Made by a program: the position numbers and the translations under genes. The notes under the pieces were generated by a model. It did not search any database. It saw only the letters and a list, made by a program, of their open reading frames with translations, and was not told where the DNA came from. A stretch of DNA of 64,000 nt from Candidatus Latescibacterota bacterium (GTDB taxonomy: Bacteria > Latescibacterota > UBA2968 > UBA8231): contig OZ220090.1 in assembly GCA_964291625.2 (NCBI GenBank), positions 128,001 through 192,000 of the forward strand, given 5' to 3'. Below, one piece after another: positions 56,623-64,000 of the stretch (the first letter of the stretch is position 1; each line of letters begins with the position of its first letter).

Positions 56623-57867
56623 TCACCTCAGCGACATCTCCTCCGGCAGGGGGCAGACCCCGGCCATGGGCTCGAAGATCTCGTGGACCCGCTCGTCGTA
56701 GAGGTTGCCGCTGAGGATGTCCACCAGGCCGCGCTTGCAGTGAGGGTGGGCCTGGAGGAACTCGGCGAAGCTGAACTCCTTGGTGTAGAAGGCGTAGACC
56801 AGCTTGCGCACGGCCTCCATGCCGCGGGTGAAGTCGGGTCCGAAGGCGCCCAGGCGCTCGGCCGTGGGCTCGCCGTCGGCCAGGGCTGCGACGATGGCGT
56901 CGGCGGCCATCTCGCCGGACTTGAGGGCCAGGAGCACGCCGGAGGAGTAGATGGGGTCGAGGAAGCCGAAGGCGTCGCCCACCAGCACCCAGCCGTCGCC
57001 GGCGATGCGGCGGGCGCGGTAGGAGAAGTCGCGGGTGACCTTCATGGGCAGGACCTGGCGCGCCGGGGCGAGGCGTTCCCCGAGGGCCGGGCAGGCGGTC
57101 AGCTCCTCGTCGAAGACGCGCTGCGGCGAGGGTTTCCCGGGGCGGCGCAGCAGGTAGTCGCGGTCGCCCACGACGCCGACGCTGACGCGGTCGTCGGGCA
57201 GGGGGATGTACCAGAACCACGAGTCCTTCTCGCGGGTGTGCAGGATGAGGGTGGCGCCTTCGTCAATGCCCGCGTCGCGCAGGGCCCCGGAGAAGTGGGT
57301 GAAGAGGGAGGCTTTTCTGAGATTCGGCTCGGTCTCGGCCAGCTTCAGCCGGCGCGCCAGCAGGGCGCTCTGGCCGGTGGCGTCGACGGTGACGGCGGCC
57401 TCGACCTCGCGGACGGACCCGCCGGGCTCGCGGAAGCGCACGCCCCTTGCCTTTTCGCCATCGAGGAGCACGTCGAGGACCATGGCGCCCTGAACGACCT
57501 CCGCCCCCCTGGCGCGGGCGTTGTCCAGCATCATGGCGTCGAAGTCGCTGCGCAGGACCTGCCAGGTCACGGCGCTCTCGCCGGGGTCGAACTCGGAGAA
57601 GTAGAACGGCGCCGAGGCGCGCCCCGAGCCGCCGAAGAACTGGACGCTGTGCTTCCTCGGGAAGGCGCTGGCCTGGAGCTGTTCCAGCAGACCCAGGCGC
57701 CGGAAGGTCCACCAGGTCGCCGGCATGAGGGACTCGCCGACCTTGAAGGGGGGCGTGGGCTCCCGCTCCAGGAGCAGGACCCGGTACCCGCCCTCGGCGA
57801 CCAGGGCGGCCACCGTGGCCCCCGCCGGACCGCCGCCGGCGACGACGACGTCGCAGCGCTCCTTCAC
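56623..57867 (-). CDS. Flavin-dependent halogenase-like oxidoreductase
   Basis: GGGPAG, VGESL, FPRK, WFWYIP (WxWxIP), GDAFGFLDPIYSSGV. Confidence 0.82.
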   Translation of the reverse strand: MKERCDVVVAGGGPAGATVAALVAEGGYRVLLLEREPTPPFKVGESLMPATWWTFRRLGLLEQLQASAFPRKHSVQFFGGSGRASAPFYFSEFDPGESAVTWQVLRSDFDAMMLDNARARGAEVVQGAMVLDVLLDGEKARGVRFREPGGSVREVEAAVTVDATGQSALLARRLKLAETEPNLRKASLFTHFSGALRDAGIDEGATLILHTREKDSWFWYIPLPDDRVSVGVVGDRDYLLRRPGKPSPQRVFDEELTACPALGERLAPARQVLPMKVTRDFSYRARRIAGDGWVLVGDAFGFLDPIYSSGVLLALKSGEMAADAIVAALADGEPTAERLGAFGPDFTRGMEAVRKLVYAFYTKEFSFAEFLQAHPHCKRGLVDILSGNLYDERVHEIFEPMAGVCPLPEEMSLR

Positions 57868-59120
57868 GAGTCCGCCTTTCGATGGTCGGTGACGCGCCGC
57901 GCCTTCAGCTCGAAGCGGGGCAGGCTGCCCGGGCCCACGGCGCGCACCCGCGGGCGCACGGCCAGCTCCTGGTGGGCCGCCGCCGTCAGTCCCTCCGTCA
58001 CCTCGGCCGCTCCCCGGCCGCCGGCGTTCACCTCGATCTCGATCTCCAGCTCGTCCATGGCCTCGGGACGGCGGACGTGGACGGCGAACTCGTCCACCTC
58101 GGGGAAGCGGCGCACCACGTTCTCGATGGCCCCGGGGTAGAGGTTGACGCCGCGCACGAGGAGGGCGTCGTCGAGGCGGCCGATGACGCCGCCGGCGAGG
58201 CGCCGCCAGCTCCGCCCGCAGGGGCAGGTGCCGGACGGGTGCCAGCGCACGCGGTCGCCGGTGCGGTAGCGGATCACGGGAGAGCCGGTGCGGCCGAGGT
58301 TGGTGATCACCAGCTCGCCCTCGTCGGCGGGCCGGTCCGTGCCCGGCTCGAGGATCTCGCAGACGAACTCGTCCTCGTTCAGATGCAGGCCGTCCTGTTG
58401 CCCGCACTCGAAGCCCCAGGCGCCGACCTCGGTGGCGCCGGCGTGGTCGAAGCAGCGCGCCCCCCAGGACTGCTCGATGCGCGCCCGGGTCGCCGGCAGC
58501 GAGGCCCCCGGCTCGCCGGCGTGGATGGTGGTGCGCACCGCCGTGGCCGCCGGGTCCAGCCCCTGGCCGCGGGCGACGCCGGCCAGGTGCAGGGCGTAGG
58601 TGGGGGTGCACACGAGGACGGTGGCGTCGTTGGCGGCCAGGGCCTCCAGGCGCTGCACCGAGGACATGCCGCCGCCGGGGATGGCCAGGGCGCCCATGCG
58701 GACGGCGGCGTCGAAGGCGCTCCAGAAGCCGATGAAGGGGGCGAAGGAGAAGGCGAAGAACAGGCGGTCCGAGGCCCGCACGCCGGCCCCGCGGTAGACC
58801 TCCATCCAGCAGCCGGTGAACCAGTCCCAGTCGGCCTGGGTGTCGAGCCAGCGCAGCCGCTGGCCGGTGGTGCCGGAAGTCTGGTGGAGGCGCACGTAGC
58901 GCTCCCGGGGCCGGGTGAGGTTGGTGCCGTACGGCGGGTGCCGGGCCTGGTCGAGGGAGAGCTCCTCCTTGGTGGTGAAGGGCAGGCGCCGGTAGTCGGC
59001 CATGCGCGACATGTCGCCGGGGGAGCGCACGCCGGCGGCGCGCAGCCGCGGGCCGTAGAAGGGATTGCTTTGAAGCACCTCGGCGAGCAGGCGCCGCAGC
59101 CGCGGCAGGGGGTCGTTCAA
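57864..59120 (-). CDS. Phenylacetate-CoA ligase (PaaK-like) family protein
   Basis: TSGTTG, TPTY, AGEPG, GATE, IRYRTGD, GRLDD..VRGVN. Confidence 0.88.
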   Translation of the reverse strand: MNDPLPRLRRLLAEVLQSNPFYGPRLRAAGVRSPGDMSRMADYRRLPFTTKEELSLDQARHPPYGTNLTRPRERYVRLHQTSGTTGQRLRWLDTQADWDWFTGCWMEVYRGAGVRASDRLFFAFSFAPFIGFWSAFDAAVRMGALAIPGGGMSSVQRLEALAANDATVLVCTPTYALHLAGVARGQGLDPAATAVRTTIHAGEPGASLPATRARIEQSWGARCFDHAGATEVGAWGFECGQQDGLHLNEDEFVCEILEPGTDRPADEGELVITNLGRTGSPVIRYRTGDRVRWHPSGTCPCGRSWRRLAGGVIGRLDDALLVRGVNLYPGAIENVVRRFPEVDEFAVHVRRPEAMDELEIEIEVNAGGRGAAEVTEGLTAAAHQELAVRPRVRAVGPGSLPRFELKARRVTDHRKADS

Positions 59121-59123
59121 GGC

Positions 59124-60457
59124 TCAGCCCGGAGTCAGGTCGACGCAGACGATCTCGCGGTCGTCGCGCACGAACAGGCGTCCCGCGCCAGGGTCGGCGC
59201 GGTCCAGCAACGCTTGCCCTCGAGGACCTGGGTCCGGGCCAGCTCCTGGTGGGCCTTCGGGTCGGCCCGCACCAGGGCCAGGGCGCCCTTGTCGGAGAGC
59301 ACCACGAGCATGTCCCCGGCGCGGATCAGCGTGCCCTCGCCGTACCCCCGGGCCTTCCACGCCTCGGCGCCGGTGGCCGCGGCGATGCACTTGAGGATGG
59401 TGCCGTCGAAGCCGTAGAGATGGCCGCCTGCGTAGACGCTGGTGGCCATGCGGTTGCACATGAAGCGGGAGGTCCAGGCGGTCTCGGCCTTCAGCGCCTC
59501 GCCGTCGCGGGTGACCCGCACCAGGGCGGCTCCCTTGTCGTAGCCGCTGGAGATGAACACCCCGTCGGGGGGGATCACCAGGGGGGTCGTGGCGTGGACA
59601 TCGTACGGCGTCTCCCACTCGCGGCGCCACAGCAGGCGGCCGTCGGCCGGAGCCACCGCCACCAGCCCGGTGCGCATGAAGAACACGGCCTGGCGCACGC
59701 CGGCCAGGTCGGCGGCCACGGGGGAGCTGTAGCTGCCCGGGTCGTCATGCGCGCTCCAGACGACCTCGCCGGTGAAGCGGTTCAGGGCGCCCAGGGCCTG
59801 CCCGCGACCCCCCGCCGTCTCCACCAGCAGCAGGTCCCCCTCCACCAGGGGCGATCCGGAGAACCCCCAGCGCGGCATCTGCCCGCCGAAGGTCGACGGC
59901 AGGTCGGCGCTCCACAGCACCTCCCCCGTGGCGGCGTGCACCGCCACCAGCCGGCCGGTGGCCCCGAGGGCGTAGACGTGGTCGCCGGCCACGGCGGGGG
60001 TGCTGCGCGGGCCGTTGCCGCCCTGGGGCTCGAAGTACTTGCCCCCCGTGTCCAGGCGCCACAACTCGCTGCCGTCGTCGGCGTCCAGGCAGAACAGGTA
60101 CTCGCGCCGGCCTTCGGTCCACAGGGTGTAGGCGCGGCCGCCGGCCACGGCGATGCCGGAGAACCCGTCGCCGGCCGGCCGCCGCCAGAGGATTTCGGGC
60201 CCCCCGGACGGCCACACGGCGACGCTGTCCTCGACGGACCCGCTGCGATTGGGGCCGAGGAACTGGGGCCAGTCCGCGGCCGGGGCCGGACCCTCGGCGT
60301 GGGAGGGAGTGGCCGTTGCGAGCCCCGCCGGGGCGGCGGCCGGGGCGGGGTCTTCGGCCGGGGCGGGGGCCGCGGCGGCGAGGCCGATCAGGGCGGCCGC
60401 CCGGTGGATGTGTCCGCGCAGGGCGGCAGGTCGGTTCACGGTGAGCGACTCCTTCAT
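59124..60457 (-). CDS. PQQ-binding-like beta-propeller protein with apparent frameshift near 3' end
   Basis: DWPQFLGPNR, PRSTP, YSSP repeats. The in-frame stop is at 59135, but the homologous ending GRLFVRDDREIVCVDL lies in another frame ending at 59124. Confidence 0.8.
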
Positions 60458-61827
60458 CACGTGTAGCGGGCGTTGCGGAACTCGGGTGCGTAGAACAGGG
60501 GCAGGAGCTGGTCGACGCGCAACAGCCCCTCCGGCGTGAGCCGCACCTCCCCGGGGCCGGCGGTGAGCATGCCCTCGGCCTGCAGGGTCTCCCAGGCGGG
60601 GGCGAACTCGGCGAGCACGTCGACGCCGAACTTCTCCCGGAACGTGGCCGGACGGATGCGGCCGAGCTTGAGCTGCAGGATCATCTCCCGCACCAGCCGC
60701 TGGCCGGCGGTGGTGGGCAGGGCGCGGCCCATGGGCAGCCGGTCCTCGTCGAGGGCGCCCAGGTACTCCTCCCACGAGTCCGCGTTCTGGAAGTGGACGC
60801 CGGCCACGTGGGAGATCGAGGAGACGCCGGCGCCGATCATGTCGCTGCCCCGCCACAGGGCGTCGCGGTAGACGAAATCCGAGGGCCTTCCCTTGCGTAC
60901 CAGGGTGTAGGCGCTGGTCTGCTCGTACCCGGCCGCGGCCAGGGTTTCGATGGCGTGGGCGTGCCACTCCCGCTTGGTGCGCCAGTCGGCCAGGATCAGC
61001 TCCCGCCGCCGCCCCTCGGAGATCGCCTTCGAGTAGACGGTGTTGTACGGCAGCTCCATCTGGTAGATGGTGACGCTGTCGGCGTCGAGGTCGACGGTGC
61101 GCTCCACGGTGTCGCGCCAGCTCTCCCAGTCGTCGGAGACGAGGCCGGCCATGAGGTCGACGTTGACCTGGCGGAAGCCGGCGGCGCGGATCCACGGCAT
61201 CGACCGGTAGACCTCGCGGCTCACGTGGGCGCGGCCGTTCTCGCGCAGGACGTCGTCGTTCAGATGCTCCACCCCGAGGCTCAGGCGCGTGACCCCGATC
61301 TCGGCGATGGCCGCCACCTTGGCCTCGGTCAGGGTGCCCGGCTCGCACTCGAAGGCGATCTCGTCGGCCTCGTCCCAGGCCATGGCGGCCCGGGCGCGGG
61401 CGGCCAGGGAGCGCAGGTCCCGGGCGCTGATGTAGGAGGGGGTGCCGCCGCCGAAGTAGACGAACCTCAGGGATCGGCCGGCGATCCGGGGGAGGCCGGC
61501 GTAGATCTCGATCTCGCGGCCCAGGGCGTCGAGGTAGCGGCGGATCTCGCCGGCGTTGCGGTCCACGTAGACGCGGAAGTAGCAGAACTTGCAGCGCTTG
61601 CGGCAGAAGGGGATGTGCAGGTAGAGGCCGAGGTCGGGAGGACTGCTGTCGGCAGGGGAGTCGAGCATCGCCCGGGCGGCGGGGGCATGTTCGGCGCGCC
61701 AGAACGAGTAGGGCGGGTAGTTGGAGACGAAGACGCTGCCCACGCCGGTCTCGGTCAGCATCCGGTCCAGGCGCGTGGTGGCCGGCTCTGGGCGGATCGA
61801 GGCTGCGGGAGGTGGGGTAGCGGTCAT
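60457..61827 (-). CDS. HemN/coproporphyrinogen III oxidase-like radical SAM protein
   Basis: YLHIPFCRKRCKFCYF, YFGGGTPS, RLSLGV, NVDLMAGL. Confidence 0.9.
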   Translation of the reverse strand: MTATPPPAASIRPEPATTRLDRMLTETGVGSVFVSNYPPYSFWRAEHAPAARAMLDSPADSSPPDLGLYLHIPFCRKRCKFCYFRVYVDRNAGEIRRYLDALGREIEIYAGLPRIAGRSLRFVYFGGGTPSYISARDLRSLAARARAAMAWDEADEIAFECEPGTLTEAKVAAIAEIGVTRLSLGVEHLNDDVLRENGRAHVSREVYRSMPWIRAAGFRQVNVDLMAGLVSDDWESWRDTVERTVDLDADSVTIYQMELPYNTVYSKAISEGRRRELILADWRTKREWHAHAIETLAAAGYEQTSAYTLVRKGRPSDFVYRDALWRGSDMIGAGVSSISHVAGVHFQNADSWEEYLGALDEDRLPMGRALPTTAGQRLVREMILQLKLGRIRPATFREKFGVDVLAEFAPAWETLQAEGMLTAGPGEVRLTPEGLLRVDQLLPLFYAPEFRNARYT

Positions 61828-62990
61828 TCGGTCTCCACGGAAGGAGCGGCGAAGCAGTAGAGGACGCCGTCGGCATCGCCGATCACCAGCCGGCCGGAGG
61901 CCGCGGCGGGCGAGGCGGCGAAGGCGGAGGCCCCTTCGAAGGTCCACATCTCGGCTCCGGTGGCAAGGTCCAGGCCGAAGAGGCGGCCCCCCATGGAGGC
62001 CGCGTAGACGCGGTCGCCGGCGATGGCGGGGGAGGCGTCGACGCGGGCCCCGGCGGCGAAGACCCACAAGGGCTCCCCGGTACCCGCGTCGAGGGCGTGG
62101 ACCATGCTGTCGCGGCCCCCGGCGATCACACGTCCTCCGGCCACGGCGGCCGAGGAATAGAAGGGAAAGCTGCTCCCGGCGGGGCGGTAGCGCCAGACCA
62201 CCCGGGCGTCCCCCAGGTCGACGGCGAGGACCTCGTCGCCGAAGGTGCCCAGGTAGGCGCGCCCCCCGGCCACGGCGGCGCTGGCGGCCGCGTAGGTGCC
62301 CAGATCGACGGAGGCCAGCTCCTGCCCGGTGTCGAGGTCCAGGCGCCGCAGGACTCCGTCGCAGCCGGCGATGACCGCGGTCTGCCCGGTCACGGCCGCG
62401 GCGCCGTGCACGTATCCGCCGGTGGCCGCGCTCCACAGCTTGAGGCCATCGGAGGTGGAGAGGCAGTAGAGGGAGTTGTCGTAGCTGCCGGCCAGCACCC
62501 GGCCCGCGGCCACGGTGGGGGAGGCGGTGACCGCGCCCCCGGCGGTGAACCGCCAGCGCCCGGCGCCCGAGGCCGCGTCCACGGCATGCAGGAGGCCGTC
62601 CTCGTCGCCCACGTAGACCACCCCGCCGGCGACCGCGGGGGAGGACTTGATCTCGGCCGCCGTGTCGTAGCTCCAGAGGATGTCGCCATTCGCCAGGCCC
62701 ACGGCCAGCAGCCGCCCGTCGAGGGTGCCCACGTAGACCGTGTCGCCGGAGACGGCCGCCGTGGACTCGATGCCGGCGTAGCGGCCGGAGTCGGCGGTGG
62801 CCGAGGTGTCGAGGGACCAGGCCAGGCGCAGGGGCTCGCGCAGGGGCGCGCCGGCCTCGCCCGTCAGCTGGAGGTTGCCCCGGAAGGAGGGCCAGTCCGC
62901 GGCGTCGGCGCCGGGCGACGCGGTGATGGCCAGCGCCAGGAGGAGGGCCGGCAGCAGGGGGAGGTGACGTGGGTTCGGGATGCCTGCCAT
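61824..62990 (-). CDS. PQQ-binding-like beta-propeller (BamB-like) secreted protein
   Basis: Signal peptide, DWPSFRGN, about 8 SSPAV..G.VY.G..DG repeats. Confidence 0.88.
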   Translation of the reverse strand: MAGIPNPRHLPLLPALLLALAITASPGADAADWPSFRGNLQLTGEAGAPLREPLRLAWSLDTSATADSGRYAGIESTAAVSGDTVYVGTLDGRLLAVGLANGDILWSYDTAAEIKSSPAVAGGVVYVGDEDGLLHAVDAASGAGRWRFTAGGAVTASPTVAAGRVLAGSYDNSLYCLSTSDGLKLWSAATGGYVHGAAAVTGQTAVIAGCDGVLRRLDLDTGQELASVDLGTYAAASAAVAGGRAYLGTFGDEVLAVDLGDARVVWRYRPAGSSFPFYSSAAVAGGRVIAGGRDSMVHALDAGTGEPLWVFAAGARVDASPAIAGDRVYAASMGGRLFGLDLATGAEMWTFEGASAFAASPAAASGRLVIGDADGVLYCFAAPSVETE

Positions 62991-63040
62991 TCGGGGAGCA
63001 TGGCCGCCGGCGGGACCGGGCGTCGGCACGTGCCCGGCCT

Positions 63041-64000
63041 TCAATACGCCTCCCGGTAGAGCCCCGCGCACTCCGCCGGCCCCAGGGTCCGCGGGTTGAA
63101 CCGCGCCGTCTTCTGCCCCGCCGCTTCGGCGCCCAGCGCCTCCAGGCCGTCCTCCGGAATCCCCAGTTCCCGCAGCCGCCGCGGCAGCCGGGCCGTCTCC
63201 AGCAGCTCCTCCACGCGGGCGGCCAGGGCCCCGGCCGTGTCGGAGCCCGTCCCCGAAGCGTGCGGCAGCCCGGCGTACAGCCCCTCCGCGGCCCCGCCGT
63301 TGAAGCGGATCACGTGGGGCAGCATGAGGCCCACGGCCAGTCCGTGGGTGACGCCGTAGGCCCTTGTCAGCGGGTTGGCGCAGGCGTGGGCGGCGCCGAG
63401 CATGGAGTGCTCGATGGAGGCGCCGGCCCAGTGGGCGCCGAGGAGCATCTCGCCGGCGGCGGAACCGGCCGCGGGATCGGCGGACCAGCCCTCGAAGGCG
63501 CCGAAGAGGAGGCGGGCGGCCTGGCGGGCGTACAGGCGGGAGACGGGGTTGGCGTTGGTCGCCGTGAAGCTCTCCACGGCGTGGGCCACGGCGTCGATGG
63601 CGGCCGCCGCGGCGGTCCGGGGAGGCGCCGACAGGGGCAGCTCCGGGTCGAGGATCACGGTGCGGAAGCGGGCCCCGGGGTCGCCGCAGGCCATCTTGCG
63701 GCGGTCGGACTCGCGCGAGATCAGGGCGAAGCGCTGGGCCTCGCTGCCGCTCCCGGCCGTGGTCGGCACGCCGATGGAAGGCAGCATGGGCCCGCCGGCG
63801 CGGCCGTCGCCTTCGTAGTCCTCCATGCGGCCGCCGTTGCTCAGGAGGAAGTTGATCCCCTTGGAGCAGTCCATGGCGCTGCCTCCGCCGACGGCGATGA
63901 CGGCCGCCACGGGTCCCTGGCGGCGGGCGGTCTCGGCGCCGGCTTCCACCTGCCCGGTGGTGGGGTTCTCGCCGGCGCCGTCGAAGCGGATCACCTCGAG
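63041..64000 (-). CDS. Iron-containing alcohol dehydrogenase, 5' end beyond window
   Basis: GGGSAMDCSK, PTTAGSGSE, DAVAHAVES, HACANPL..HG. Confidence 0.9.
   Translation of the reverse strand, partial: LEVIRFDGAGENPTTGQVEAGAETARRQGPVAAVIAVGGGSAMDCSKGINFLLSNGGRMEDYEGDGRAGGPMLPSIGVPTTAGSGSEAQRFALISRESDRRKMACGDPGARFRTVILDPELPLSAPPRTAAAAAIDAVAHAVESFTATNANPVSRLYARQAARLLFGAFEGWSADPAAGSAAGEMLLGAHWAGASIEHSMLGAAHACANPLTRAYGVTHGLAVGLMLPHVIRFNGGAAEGLYAGLPHASGTGSDTAGALAARVEELLETARLPRRLRELGIPEDGLEALGAEAAGQKTARFNPRTLGPAECAGLYREAY

Noticed and set aside
60457-61827. Calling the radical SAM gene hemN (heme biosynthesis)
   Set aside because: No heme genes nearby, and HemN-like proteins have many functions. 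Left as family-level.

Overview
Very GC-rich bacterial chromosome segment. The gene content (many PQQ-like propellers, PhyH/2OG oxygenases, FGE-type, FG-GAP and LRR proteins) suggests a Latescibacterota/PVC/Acidobacteria-like lineage, which is inference only. From left to right: (1) a defence island downstream of tRNA-Phe(GAA) carrying Uma2-zorA-zorB-zorC. zorC is absent from the supplied ORF track and runs off the window. (2) Housekeeping and metabolic genes: glutaredoxin, murA, DUF362, MazG-like, a 1150-aa CPBP protein, GGT, an OSGIN-like flavoprotein and an LRR protein. (3) A small lower-GC insert with DUF5131 and TcmP. (4) A long minus-strand run of catabolic genes, two of which are preceded by degenerate tandem copies of their own 5' ends. 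(5) A minus-strand cluster of unknown product: Fe-ADH, three PQQ-like propellers, HemN-like radical SAM, PaaK-like CoA ligase, flavin halogenase-like protein, DUF3311/SSS, GT4, thioesterase and ABC exporter. Several inserts interrupt this cluster. The most notable insert (about 43.25-50.56 kb) is bounded by duplicated DUF3311 sequence. It encodes an Upf1-like SF1 helicase, a wHTH-like unknown protein, a dual-HKD PLD nuclease and a CARF/RtcR-like sigma54 activator. Upstream lie a near-consensus sigma54 -24/-12 promoter and two tandem palindromic candidate enhancer sites, suggesting a self-activating, inducible defence operon. All calls are from motif reading only; no searches were run.
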